Positions 22,563-35,602 of a stretch of 64,000 nt of DNA are shown here, piece by piece. The position numbers and the translations under genes are program-made. Under the pieces are notes generated by a model. It was not told where the DNA came from. It saw only the letters and a program-made list of their open reading frames with translations, and made no database searches. Position 1 is the first letter of the stretch. Every line of letters starts with the position of its first letter. Origin of the DNA: Centroscyllium fabricii (Eukaryota); the NCBI GenBank assembly GCA_051313645.2, contig JBNRSN020000012.1, positions 52,824,001 to 52,888,000 of the forward strand, read 5' to 3'.

Positions 22563-25064
22563 ATTAAGAACAAAAGAAATAGGAGTAGGCCAGTTGGCCC
22601 TTCGAGCCTGCTCCGCCATTCAATAAGATCATGGCTGATCATCTAGCTCATCTCCACTTTCCTGAATTAACCCATATCCCTTGATTCCCAACAGTATTCA
22701 AATATCTATCAATCTCTGTCTTGAATATATTCAACGACTGCGCCTCCACAGCCCTCTGGGGTAGAGAATTCCAAAGATTCATCACCCTCTGAATGAAGAA
22801 ATTTCTCCTTATCTCAGTCCTAAATGGCCAACCCCTTATTCTGAGACTGTAACCCCTGGTTCTAGACTCCCCAGCCAGGGGAAACATCCTCCCTGCATCT
22901 ACCCTGTCAAACCCTGAAATAATTTTCTATGTTTCAATGAGATTACCTCTCATTCTTCTAAACTGAAGAGAATATAGGCCTAGTCTACTCAATCTATCCT
23001 CTTAGGACAATCCCCCCCATCCTAGGAACCAGTCTGGTGAACTTTTGTTGCACTCCCTCTATCTCAAGTGGATCCTTCCTTAGGTAAGGAGAGCAGCAGA
23101 CGCCAGTGCTTGGAGTGAGGGTGCTGCCATGAAGCCTTGTACTTGTCTCTCTGACGGAACAAGGTGTTGGTTATGACAAGGCCATGTTCTAAGCATTTCG
23201 ACAGGAGGAGGGTACCGTTGGAGTTGGCTTTCCCTACCCCTTCTCTGCCGATCACACCTCCACAGAGGTCTGTGTCCTTTCCAACTCTGGCGTTAAAGTC
23301 GCCAAGGAGGATCAGCATGTCGCCCGTTGGGACTCGGGAGAGAGTTTGTTCGAGCCTGGAGGCTGGATAACTACGTCATCGTTAGAGCGAGGGACCGCAA
23401 GGACGTCCGCATCACCCGCGGAATGACAGGAGCTGATGAATGCTGGACAGGCCACCGCCTAATCCACTCTATCTTCTCCATCAATGTAGCCCCAAAACAG
23501 CAGCAGCAACAGAAACAATGCCGCAGGAATATTAATGCTGGAGCACTCAAAGACCCCATTAAGAAAGCCCTATTCAGCCTGCGCCTCACAAACAACCTGA
23601 CTCCTCCCAGTGATGCAGAAACACAGAGTGCCCACAGCGCCTGGTCTGCACTCAAGGCCTCCATAATCAGCACCTGTGAAGAGACACTCGGTCACTCGAC
23701 CACGAAACACCAAGACTGGTTCGACGAGAATGACTAGGAGATCCTGGAGCTAATAAGCCGCAAGCACAAGGCATTCCTGATCTGGAAACAGCAACAGAAC
23801 TCGAGAGCAAGAAAGTAGCTCTACAGAAGCCTGAAGGCCGAGGTCCAACAAAAAAATCGCGACCTAAAGAACAGATGGTGGGTGGAGAAAGCACAGGAGA
23901 TCCAGCAGCTAGCCGACAACCACGACGTGCGTGGATTCTTTAGCGCAGTCAAGACCATCTACGGCCTAAGCACCCAAGGCCCTACCCCACTGCGGGCCAA
24001 GAACGGAGAGGTACTCATTAAGGACAGAGAGGCAGTCAGTGCCCGTGGAAGGAGCACTTCGAAGATCTCAACCACGACTCTGTCTTCGACGCGAGTGTCC
24101 TCAACTCCATCCCACAGCATGCTGCCCGCCACCATCTCAGCACAACCCCAGCCTGACATGTGGTTGAAAAGGCCATCCGACAACTGAACAACAAGGCCTC
24201 AGGTGCAGATGGAATCCCCGCCGAGGTACTAAAGCATGGCGGAGAAGCACTACTGGCACGAATTCATGAAGTCATTTCTCTTAGCTGGAAGGAGAAGAGC
24301 ATGCCAGGGGATCTCAGAGACGCTGTAATTGTGACTATCTTCACGAAAGGTGACAAGTCTGATTACGGTAATTAAAGAGGAGTTTCCCTGCTGTCTGCCA
24401 CAGGGAAAGACATCGCAAGAATCCTCCTCAATCGCCTTCTCCCAGTCGCCGAAGAGCTCCTCCCAGAGTCGCAATGCGGATTCCGCCCATGAAGGGGCGC
24501 AATGGACATGATCATCATCGCACATCAATTACAAGAGAAATGCAGGGAGCAGTACATGGCCTTCTTTGATCTCACAAAGGCTTACGACACGGTCAACCGT
24601 GAGGGATTATGGAGTGTCCTCTTCAAATTCGGCTGCCCTCAAAAGTTTGTCACCATCCTCCGTCTGCTTCACAACGACATGCAAGCCATGATCCTGACCA
24701 CGGTTCCACCACAGACCCAATTCACGTACGAACCAAGGTCAAACAAGGCTGTGTAATTGCTCCAACGCTCTTCTTGATCTTCCTGGCTGCAATGCTCCAT
24801 CTCACCCTCAGTAAGCTCCCCACTGGAGTGGAGCTAATCTACAGAACAAACAGGAAACTGTTCAACCTCCGTCGCCTCCAGTCCAGATCCAAGGTCATCC
24901 CATCCTCTGTCGTCGAATTACAGTATGTAGACGACGTTTGCGTCTGCGCTCAAATCATCGACAACACCTTCACCGAAGCGTACGAGAGCATGGGCCTTAC
25001 ACTAAGTATCCGGAAGCCAAAGGTCCTCTACCAACCTGCCCCCACCACACTGTACTGCCCCCCA

Positions 25065-25375
25065 GGCGGCACGGTGGCATAGTGGTTAGCACTGTTGCCT
25101 CAAAGCGCTAGTGGCCCGGGTTCAAATCCGGCCTCGGATGACTATCTATGTGGAGTTTGCACATTCTCCCCGTGTCTGCATGGGTTTCCTCCGGGTGCTC
25201 CGGTTTCCTCCCACAGTCCGAAGATATGCGGGTTAGGTTGATTGGCCATGATAAATTGACCCTTAGTGTTAGGGGGATTAAAATATGTGGGGGTTACGGG
25301 GATAGGGTGGGATATGTGTCGGTGCAGGCTCGATGGGCCGAAATGGCCTCTATCTGCACTGTAGGGATTCTATGA
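25065..25375 (+). mobile_element. HE1/V-SINE-type SINE inside RTE
   Basis: GGCGGCACGGTGGCATAGTGGTTAGC head, V-type core, GGATTCTATG end. Confidence 0.9.
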
Positions 25376-25548
25376 TCATCAAAATCCACGACAAGGCCTT
25401 GGACAACGTGGACCACTTTCAACAAGAGCAGACGTCGACGCTGAAGTCCAACACTGCCTTCAGTGTGCCAGTGCAGCCTTTGGTCGCCTGAGGAAGAGTA
25501 TTTGAAGACCAGGACCTCAAACCCGGCACTGAGCTCATGGTCTACAGA

Positions 25549-25780
25549 TCAATCCACACACGCACGACCAGATTCAAGAACAGCTTCTTCCCCAGAGCTG
25601 TCAGCCTCCTGAACTCTAACAAAAAACTCCAGTATCTGCACGCCTGAAATGTACTTTATTGTATGAAATCGTATGTAACTTATTTGCACTACTCTCGGGA
25701 GCGGCGAGTCTTCGTTTCGTTGTATTATACTCGTACTCTGCAATGACAATAAAACTTGAATTGAATTGAATTGAATTGAA
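25549..25780 (+). mobile_element. Rex1/Babar-like LINE 3' end inside RTE
   Basis: TTRFKNSFFPRAVSLLN, AATAAA, (TTGAA)5 tail. Confidence 0.7.
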
Positions 25781-26452
25781 TACCCGCCCTGCTGTATGCC
25801 TCGGAGACATGGACCATGTACAGCAGGCACCTCAAAGCACTGGAGAGGTACCACCAACGCTACCTCCGCAAGATCCTGCAAATCCATTGGCAGGATAGGC
25901 GCACCAACATCAGTGTTATTGCTCAGGCCATCATTCCCAGCATCGAAGTTTTGACCACGCTCAATCAGCTCCAATGGACGGGTCACATTGTCCGCATGCC
26001 CGATACGAGACTCCCAAAACAAGCGTTCTACTCGAAGCACCGGCATGGCAAGAGAGCCCCAGGCAGGCAGAGGAAACACGTCAAGGATACCCTCAAAGCC
26101 GCCTTGAAAAAGTGTAACATCCCCATCGACACCTGGGAATCCCTGGCCCAAGACCGCACAAAGTGGAGGAGAAGCATCCGAGAAGGCGCCGAACACCTCA
26201 AGTCTCCTCGCCGGGAGCAAGCGGAAGCTAAGCGCAGGCAGCGCACGTCAACCCAAGCACATCATCCACCCGCCCCTTCAACCACCGTCTGCCCCACCTG
26301 TGACAGAGACTGTTCATCCCGCATTGGACTCATCAGTCACCTGCAAACTCATTTTTAACGTGGAAGCAAGTCATCCTCAGTTCCGAGGGACTGTCTAAGA
26401 GAGAAGGAGACCAAACCTGTACACAATACTCCAGGTGTGGTCTCACCAGGGA

Positions 26453-26712
26453 TAGAAACATAGACATAGAAACATAGAAGATAGGAGGAGTAGGCCATTC
26501 GGCCCTTCGAGCCTGCTCCGCCATTCAATGAGATCATGGTTGATCATCCAACCCCAGTACCCTGTCCCTGCCTTGTCCCCATATTACTCGATCCCTATCG
26601 AGCCTGCACCGACACATATCCCACCCTATCCCCGTAACCCCACATATTCAATCCCCCTAACACTAAGGGTCAATTTATCATGGCCAATCAACCTAACCCG
26701 CACATCTTTGGA
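26453..26712 (-). mobile_element. 5'-truncated HE1-type SINE
   Basis: Same 3' half as 438-842 and 59257-59660. Confidence 0.8.
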
Positions 26713-27846
26713 TAACTGGAGTAAGACGTCTTTACTCTAATACTTAAATCCTCTTGTAATAAAGGCCAACATACCATTTGCTTTTCTAATTGCTTGCTGT
26801 ACCTGCATGTTAACTTTCAGTGATTCATGTACAAGGACACCCAGGTCCCTCTGAACACCAACATTTCCCAATCTCTGCTTTTCTATTTTTCCGACCAAAG
26901 TGGATAACTTTACATTTCTCCACATTATATTCCATTTGCCATGTTCTTGCCCACTCACTTAGCCTGTCTATCTCCCCTTCAAGCCTCCTTGCATCCTCCT
27001 CACAACTTACATTCCCACCCAGCTTTGTATCATCATCAAACTTGGATATATTACATTTGGTCCCCTCATCCAAATCGTTGATGTAGATTGTGAATAGCTG
27101 AGGCCCAAGCAATGATCCTTGCGGTACCCCACTAGTTACAGCCTGCCAACCCGAAAATGACCCATTTATTCCTACTCTCTGTTTTCTGTCCATTAACCAA
27201 TCCTCAATCCATGCTAGTACCTGTATATTATCCCCAATTCCATGAGCCCTAATTTTGTTTAATAACCTCTTGTGTGGCACCTTCTCAAATGCCTTCTGAA
27301 AATCCAAATACACCACATCCACTGGTTCCCCCTTACCTATTTTGCTAGTTACAACTTCAAAAAACTCCAACAGATTTGTCAAACATGATTTACCTTTCAT
27401 AAATCCGTGTTGACTCTGCCCAATCCTATTATTATTTTCTAAGTGTCCTGATACCACGTCCTTAATAATAGATTCTAGCAATTTCCCTACGACTGACATC
27501 AGGCTAGCTGGTCTGTAGTTGACCGTTTTCTCTCTCCCTCCTTTCTTAAATAGTGGGGTTACATTTGCTACCTTCCAATCCACGGGAACCATTCTAGAAT
27601 CTATGGAATTTTGGAAAATGACATCCAATGCATCCACTATTTCTATAGCCAACTCTTTCAAAACCCTAGGAGGTAGGCCATCAGGTCTCAGGGATTTATC
27701 AGCTTTCAGTCCTATTAATTTCTCCAGTGCTACTTTTTTACTAATACTAATATCTTTCAGTTCCTCATTCTCACCAGACCCTTGGTTGTCCACCATTTCC
27801 GGGAATTTCTTTGCGTGAAGACAAACACTGAGGGCTGGATTTTGTC

Positions 27847-28943
27847 ATAGAAACATAGAAAATAGGTGCAGTAGTAGACCATTTGGCCCTTCGAGCCTGC
27901 ACCGCCATTCAACACGTTCATGGCTGAACATGCTACATCAGTACCCCATTCCTGCTTTCTCGCCATATCCCCTGATCCCCCTAGTTGTAAGTATTACATC
28001 TAACTCCCTTTTGAATATATTTAGTGAACTGGCCTCAACAACTTTCTGTGGTAGAGAATTCCACAGGTTCACCACTCTCTGGGTGAAGAAGTTTCTCCTC
28101 ATCTCGGTCCTAAATGGCCTCCCCTTTATCCTTAGACTGTGACCCCTGGTTCTGGACTTCCCCAACATTGGGAACATTCTGCCCGCATCTAACCTGTCTA
28201 AACCCGTCAGGATTTTAAACGTTTCTATGAGATACCCCCTCATTCTTCTGAACTCCAGAGAGTACAAGTTCAGTTGATCCAGTCTTTCTTGATATGTCAG
28301 TCCGGCCATCCCGGGAATCAATCTAGTAAACCTTCGCTGCACTCCCTCAATAGCAAGAATGTCCTTCCTCAAGTTAGGAGACCAAAACTGCACACAATAC
28401 TCCAAAGGCCCTGTACATGTGCAGCAACACCTCCTTACTCATGTACTCAAATCCCCTCGCTATAAAGGCCAACATGCCATTTGCTTTCTTAACTGCCTGC
28501 TGTACCTGCATTTCCACCTTCAGTGACTGATGTACCATGATGCCCAGGTTTCGTTGCACCTCCCCTTTCCCTAATCTGTCACCATTCAGATAATAGTGTC
28601 TTTCTATTTTTACCACCAAAGTGGATAACCTCACATTTATCCACATTGTACTTCATCTGCCATACATTTGCCCATTCACCTAACCTGTCCAAGTCACTCT
28701 GTAGCCTCTTAGCATCCTCCTCGCAGCTCACGCTGCCTCCCAATTTAGTGTCATCCGGAAATTTGGAGATACAACATTTAATCCCTTCGTCCAAATCATT
28801 AATATATAATGTAAACAGCTGGGGCCCCAGCACCGAACCTTGCTGTACCCCGCTGGCCACTGCCTACCATTCTGAAAACTGCCCATTTACTCCTACTCTT
28901 TGTTTCCTGTGTGCCAACCAGTTCTCAATCCACGTCAACACAT
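27847..28943 (-). mobile_element. CR1 3' portion nested just inside the Harbinger TIR
   Basis: KFPDDTKLG, YCVQFWSP, RRNFFTQRVVNLWN and a 3' tail. Confidence 0.9.
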
Positions 28944-29204
28944 TGCACGTCATGGGGGTGAGCTGAGGGGGTGTCAGGTGGTTATTGTGTCAGGATCCCG
29001 ATTCCGATGTGAAGTGGGACAAAAGTGTGATTTTGCCCTAATTGGGCCCTTGATTTCCAGTGTGTGTAAACCCCTGGCCCAATGAGCCTTTTCATGCAGG
29101 AATGACGTCATCAATGCTGCTGGATTTAAGGCCTGCAAGCCGCCTTGCTTCTTTTTCAGCTTTAAACTTTATGCCCATTGTTCTGAGTGCTTCCTTAAGC
29201 AATT

Positions 29205-31133
29205 ATGTCCACCAGCAGACCAAAGTGTGCTCCAAGATTCGATGAAGCCTCCCTACAAGCTCTGGTGGAGAGAGCATGAGCAAATAAGGAGGTGCTCTTC
29301 CCTTCCTCAGGGAGGAAAAAGCCTCCCCAGTAGACTAAAGCTGTGTGGCTGCAAGTGGCCCAAGAAGTAAACGCAATTTGTATGTGCAGCAGAACCTGGC
29401 TGCAGTGCAGGAAGAGGTTTCATGGCCTTCTCCGCACAGGAAAAGTGAGTGTGACATTCCCATCAGCCTCAATCTGATCCCCATCACCTCTCCTCACCAG
29501 CACTCTGCTTTGCCAACCTCTTCCACCACACCCCACTTGACTCATACATCCCTGCACCTTTACCCAATCCCTCTCTCTCTATGGTCACATTCACTTAACT
29601 ATTCGACCATGCAGCCCTCACACTCCCTATCACTGTAATGCAATGACAACAACTTACAACACATGGGGAGGGCCCTTTGTCTCCTTTTAAGCATCTATGC
29701 TATGGATTCTCGACACTCACTCCTTCATTCTCACTCAAACTCCACGTGTGTCCCTCATTGCAGGAAAAGAGAGCCCACAATAAGAGGGAAAGAGCAAGGA
29801 CAGGAGGAGGGCCACCCTCAGTAGCCCAGCTCACTACCAAGGAGGAGGCGGCCCTGCAGATCGCCGGAGTGGAGGACGATTCACAAGTGGGGGATGGACA
29901 GACGGGCGCATCACAGCAAGCTGTTGACAGAATAGTTTTCCATCTCTCTCATTGGCATTGCATGAGTGACTGATAATCATTCTGATGCTCTAACAAACTG
30001 AGTTATGATCAACTGCACAATTCAATGTGCATGCAACCTTTACCTCACATCTCTGACTCTTTCCTTTACTCCCACACAGGACCATCGAGAGCCCCCGTCC
30101 CCACTGTCCAGGAGGAAGAGCCTGAGCTTCCAGACTCCTCAGAGGAAGCTGCAACCTCTGAGGACGCAGCGTCAGCAGAATTCAAAGCACCCAGTACCAG
30201 CATAGACACTCACACCTCGGTGTGACCTTCGCGAGCAGTGTTGTCACCTGGTGTATCACAGCTCACAAGTGAGCATCATCAGATTGTGGAGACAGGGACA
30301 GCAGTGGAGAGTCCTCGTCAGAGGGCGCAGAACATTGCCAGCTCGGCTCAGCTGCATGTCGACCCTGTGCCTCCTGTTCCATCCAGAAGGAGAGCGGTGC
30401 TTGAACTCCAGGAAGAGGTGCAGGAGTCTCTGGCAGGTTTTGTCTCCAGGATCGCTGCAAGTGTGGAGCGAATGGAGGAGTCCATTGCGAACATGAGCAG
30501 AGCCTTTGTGGAGGCATTGGTGCATGAATGCATTACCGCGGAAAGGATGGCAACCTCTGTGGAAAGGATGGCTACTTCAGTGGTAAGGCTGGCTACCGTA
30601 AAGGAGAGGATGGCTGCAGCCATGGAGGAGCTTAATCGCCAGGGTATTGAAAACATGGTCATTCTCCAGAATAGACTGACATCTCGAGGAGCAATGGTTA
30701 GCGATTGAGCATGGAAACCTGGCCTTCATGGAAGTCCTGTGTAGTAGGACTTCCAGTGCAGAAACGGGTCCTCATGGCCCCCCTAAAGTGCAGCAAGGTG
30801 CTGTCAAGCCACTTGCTAGCTCTGTAGTGGGGCTGACCCATGAGAGGGATGTTGGTGGCAGACAACAAGGAAGTGGGGGCTCCTCTCCAAGCGCTTACAC
30901 AACCGTGCCACTGCAAAGCCCTCGGTCAGAGCCACACCCAACTGAGATGGGTGTCTCAGCCCCTGCAGCAGACTGTTGCCGAGCCCTCACAGCTTCGTAA
31001 CCCCAGAGGATGGCCGCCAAAGGTGTCGAGACAGGAGCAGCAAGAAAGTGAGCAAGGGGCCTCCACATCTGCTGAAGCCACAGGGGAAGCACCACGTAGG
31101 AGCACGCACAAGAGGAAGATAAAGCACAAGTAG
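29205..31133 (+). pseudogene. Harbinger-associated Myb/SANT-like DNA-binding protein gene, spliced and decayed
   Basis: Exon 1 APRFDEASLQALVE..KEVLFP..W..VAQEVN..RTWLQCRKRF..L, donor GTGAGT near 29444; exon 2 after TGCAG at 29764 EKRAHNKRERARTGGG; exon 3 from about 30080, acidic then coiled-coil; internal stops. Confidence 0.75.
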
Positions 31134-33027
31134 TCACAAGGGTAGTCACTTGGGTGTTCTGTTGTATTGATTTTTGACAAGCCATCCTTGAATTATGATA
31201 AACAGATTTGATGGCAAACTGTTGAAGTTGTGGCCTGTGTCATTTTGCAAATGGGACATCCACATTGAGGGCTTAGGGCGACTTGCAATTGTCAGTATGG
31301 TAGTCAGAGTGATAGGAATCTGCAGGTTCTTATCCATTGTCAATGCTTTGGTAAGAAGGTACGAGGCAAAATTGTTTGATTGTGCAGGCTAAGCAAATCT
31401 GGCCAACATGAGTGCGTCCCTTGCATCCCGGGCAGCAATGTGGTTGCGCGCCGGCGCCATCTGGCCTGTGCAGCTTCAGGTAGGTGAGCAGCAGCTTGGT
31501 GCTCCTGTTGTTGCTCCTGCTGTTGTTCAGGGTTCTGCTGCTGCCGGTCTTCATCCGAATCTGATTTCCAGGAGGAAAGGAAATAGATGGTTCCCATAGT
31601 TCTGGTATATACCTCAGTTGAGGAAGCGCTCAATCAAAGTGGGGAGAAGGGTTTCCCAGGAGGTCACACTAGAGATGGGTGACAGGCTCCAAACTTCCAC
31701 AACAATGAGTAGGCCTGCTTAAAGTTCTCCCAGACCTGAAACAACAAGGTTCTGCCACCTACAAATGATCATTGGTGAAAACTCCTTTTTAATGGTGGAG
31801 CTGCAGCTGTTAAGCAAGCAATCCACTTGTGAGGCCGCCAGGATTAACTGCAATGTTCCAGTGGAGACGTACAGGATGGGGAAATGTGTTAAATTCAGAA
31901 AGGCCTCTCAAAATGGGATTATAGAGGCAATTAACTGGTTGTCAAGGGCCATATGGGTCTATCCCACCTCTTGGAGGCGGGATGGAAATGGAGTCTAAAA
32001 CCACCAATGTGGGAAAATTGCTGAGGCAGAATTGGACCCACCCACCATTGTTTGCGATTTTGACAACTCACCACCTCCAAACCCGCCTCCTCGGGCCTGG
32101 TAAAATCGAGCCCCAAGTATTTATTTAATTTCTCTGCCATTTCCTTATTCCCCATTATAATTTCTCCTCTCTCAGCCTGTAAGGGACCCACATTTACTTT
32201 TGCTAATCTTTTCCTTTTTACATACCTGCAGAAGCTTTTACAGTCTGTTCTTATGTTTCTTGCTAGTTTACTCTCATATTCTATTTTCCCTTTCTTTATC
32301 AATTTCCTGATCCTCCTTTGCTGAATTCTAAAATCCTCCTAATCCTCAGGCTTATTGCGCTTTTTGGCAGCATTAGAAGCCTCTTCCTTTGATCTAATAC
32401 TATCTTTAACTTCTCGTTAGCTACGGTTGGATCACTTTTCCTGTGGGGTTTTTGTGCCTTAAAGGAACATATATTTGTTGTAAATTATGTATTAATGCTT
32501 CAAAAGCTAGCCATTGCTGATCTACCATCATACCTTTTAATGCAGTTTCCAATCTACCGTAGCCAACGCACCCCTCATACCGGTCATTTCTGACAAGTAT
32601 TTTTTTTTTAAAGAGAGTTTGTATATGATGAACTAAAAGCTTTTAATTAATTGTACCTTAAACACACTTGCAGAAGTTCATGACCCGCTCAGTACAAAAT
32701 AAAATTAGAGGGAACATTGATGCTGAGTATTTCCAGCATTTTCTGTTTTTATTTCAGATTTCCAGCATCCACAGTATTTTGCTTTTGAACTTATCTTTGT
32801 TCTTGCATTCAGTGCACCTTAATGAGCATGGCTATTTCTGCCCGTAATAAACAGAGCATTTAAGACGCTATAACCAGCAACTTTGAAGTTGATGTTATAT
32901 CAAATGGTTAGTGCTTTTAGGCTGATATAAGTGACTGCCCGTTTTAAACGTGGCCATCTTAAGTGGTTGGGACTGTATTGGCATTGGACTGGGGACAGCG
33001 CAGATTCACCAGAATGATAGACTTAAA

Positions 33028-33765
33028 GGGGTCAACTTTCCTCAAGGTGTGGGAAATTGGTGGGTTTCCTGCGGGTCACGTTTTCTTCTTGCTTTCTAAA
33101 GGGTCTGGGAGCTCCACGCAATGTTGGCTTAATTGGCCAATTAAATCCCCGCGTGTGGGAAGCCCTTGCCACAGGACTGTTTCCAGACAGAAAGCAGGCG
33201 GGTTTCGGCTGTTTAAGGAGCAGAGCCATTAGCCTACTAAACCACAGAGATTGAGTGACAGCTGCTGTCTGTTTCACTGGCTGCCTGATCCAGCAGAGCC
33301 ATTTCATTGAGAACTTTCATCTGTCAAAGCAGCCACAAGGTGAGTTTGCGACAGCTTTTCTCCCACTGATCTTGTGCACCCTAGGGATACAGTTAGTCGC
33401 GATGCAGGCTGGAGCCCAGGGACGGCTTCTGCTGCAGCTGCTTGAATGATAGTCAAGATGTCACCAGTGTCCCCGCCAGGTTTCACCGCCGTAGTTCCCA
33501 CCAGGCTGTTTAACGTGGGAAAAGGCTGAAAATTGCAGGGGGCCTTGAAAATGGCAGTATACATGCCAATTAAGGGTCCCTAATGAGCCTAACGACCATC
33601 CCCGCCGGTGGCAGGCGGGACTGAAGCGGGCCGATCGGACCCGCCGGGCTGAAACTCACAACCGGTGGGAGGGGTCGCGACACCCCCCCCCCCCCCACCC
33701 TTTCCGCAATTTTGCCTCCCCGGCCGCCGAAAACGCCGCCTGTCGGCTCCAACAAAATTGACCCC
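33028..33765. mobile_element. Harbinger-like MITE in a CR1 fragment
   Basis: TIRs GGGGTCAACTTT / AAAATTGACCCC; AAA on both sides; CR1 reading resumes across it. Confidence 0.7.
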
Positions 33766-33825
33766 AAAGGGTTCAATTATGAGGATAGGTTGCATGAACT
33801 TGGTTTGTAGTACCTCTAGGTTAGA

Positions 33826-35602
33826 ATGGACATCGCGGCATTCTACACCAGTATCCCCCACGATGACGGCATCGCTGTGACAGCCTCAGTACTAAACACC
33901 AACAACAGCCAATCTCCAGACGTCATCCTACAACTCATCTGCTTCATCCTTGACCACAATGTCTTCACCTTCGACAACCAGTTTTTTACCCAAACACATG
34001 GAACAGCCATGGGGACCAAATTCGCACCCCAATACGCCAACATCTTCATGCACAAGTTCGAGCAAGACTTCTTCGCCACACAGTACCTCCAACCAACGCT
34101 ATACACCAGATACATCGACAACATTTTCCTCCTGTGGACCCACGGCGAAGAATCACTGAAAAGACTACACAATAACATGAACAAGTTCCATCCCACCATC
34201 AAACTCACCATGGACTACTCCTCAGAATCGGTTTCATTCTTGGACACACGAATCTCCATCAAAGACGGACACCTCAGCACTTCCCTCTACTGCAAACCCA
34301 CGGACAACCTCACGATGCTCCACTACTCCAGCTTCCACCCTAACCACGTTAAAGAAGCCATCCCCTATGGACAAGCCCTGCGAATACACAGGATCTGCTC
34401 AGACGAGGAGGAACGCGATGGACACCTACAGACACTGAAAGATGCCCTTGTAAGAACAGGATATGACACTTGACTCATCGATCGACAGTTCCGACGGGCC
34501 ACAGCGAAAAATCGCATAGACCTCCTCAGAAGGCAAACACGGGACACAACCAACAGAGTACCCTTTGTCGTCCAGTACTTCCCCGGAGCGGAGAAACTAC
34601 GCCATGTTCTTCGCAGCCTTCAACATGTCATCGATGACGACGAACACCTCGCTAAGGCCATCCCCACGCCTCCACTACTCACCTTCAAACAGCCGCCTAG
34701 CCTCAAACAGACCATCGATCGCAGCAAATTACCCAGCTTTCACGAGAACAGCGACCATGACACCACACAACCATGCCACGGCAACCTCTGCAAGACATGC
34801 CAGATCATCAGCACAGATACCATCATCACACATGAGGACACCACACACCAGGTACATGGTACATACTCATGTGACTCGACCAACATTGTCTACCTCATAC
34901 ATTGCAGGAAAGGATGCCCCGGAGCATGGTACATCGGTGAGACCATGCAGACACTACGACAACGGATGAACGGACACCGCACAACAATCGCCAGGCAGGA
35001 GTGTTCCCTCCCAGTCGGGGAACACATCAGCAGTCAAGAACATTCAGCCTCCGATCTTAGGGTAAGCATTCTCCAAGGCGGCCTTCGAGACACATGACAA
35101 CGCAAAATCGTCGAGCAGAGGCTGATAGCCAAGTTCCGCACTCATGAGCACGGCCTCAACCGTGATATTGGCTTCATGTTGCGCTACATGTGACCCCGCC
35201 TGACGTAGAGTCATCCAGACTCGACTCGTCTTTGGCTTGTCCTCACTACGCGGATGCGGCTGAGATTTCCAGTAAGAAAAATCCTTCCTTTAAAAAAAAA
35301 ATCATTCTGTGGGTTTTCACACAGACACCAGACTGCAACATTTGACCCTTTGTGACTATACCTCATTGATCTCAGGCTGGTGCCTGACTGATATGTTAAA
35401 ACACCTTTGATTGCTTTGGGTGTCTCTCTGAGGTGTGATGTTGAACAGTTGGAAAGATTACATTGTTTTCTCTCCCTCTATATATGCTGTGTTTAAATGA
35501 ATCTCTTTTACATACACCTGATGAAGGAGCTACGCTCCGAAAGCTTGTGATTTCAAATAAAACTGTTGGACTATAACCTGGTGGCGTGTGATTTCTTACA
35601 AT
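33826..35602 (+). mobile_element. Penelope-like retroelement (RT plus GIY-YIG endonuclease), 5' truncated
   Basis: MDIAAFYTSIPH, GTAMGTKFAPQYANIFM, RYIDNIF, FLD; NIVYLIHC..WYIGET..LRQRMNGHR; pseudo-LTR tail. Confidence 0.93.
35514..35550 (+). ncRNA. Minimal hammerhead ribozyme motif in Penelope tail
   Basis: CAC-CTGATGA-A-GGAGC/tac/GCTCC-GAAA-GCTT-GTG. Confidence 0.7.

Larger units (their letters stand above)
23093..26403 (+). mobile_element. RTE-clade LINE with inverted 5' segment (23093-23361 on minus strand)
   Basis: Minus strand LGDFNARVG...KHWRLL abuts plus strand (L)DNYVIVRARDRKDV; DLTKAYDTV, VKQGCVIAPTLF, QYVDD, C-terminal CPTC..HLQTH; AAGGAGA duplicated at 23086-23092 and 26404-26410. 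Confidence 0.88.
27832..32113. mobile_element. Non-autonomous PIF/Harbinger transposon retaining its Myb/SANT gene
   Basis: TIRs GGGCTGGATTTTGTCA / TGGTAAAATCGAGCCC interrupting the CR1; Myb gene on plus strand; transposase N- and C-terminal remnants on minus strand (about 31389-31600). TSD is degenerate. Confidence 0.75.
22563..32580 (-). mobile_element. Long CR1 LINE fragmented by nested insertions (22563-23092, 26404-26452, 26713-27830, 32114-32580)
   Basis: Colinear ORF2 pieces: KRKRLAKVNVGPL, RT ORF 26825-27796 (QHGFMKGKSCLTNL, KFDDDTKLG) and a 3' tail near 22565. Confidence 0.85.

Noticed and set aside
34155-34175. Region following the Penelope RT motif RYIDNIF, as a parallel to the Gypsy YLDN motif
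   Set aside because: Single defective copy with internal stops; GAC to AAC next to a CpG is a likely post-insertion mutation.
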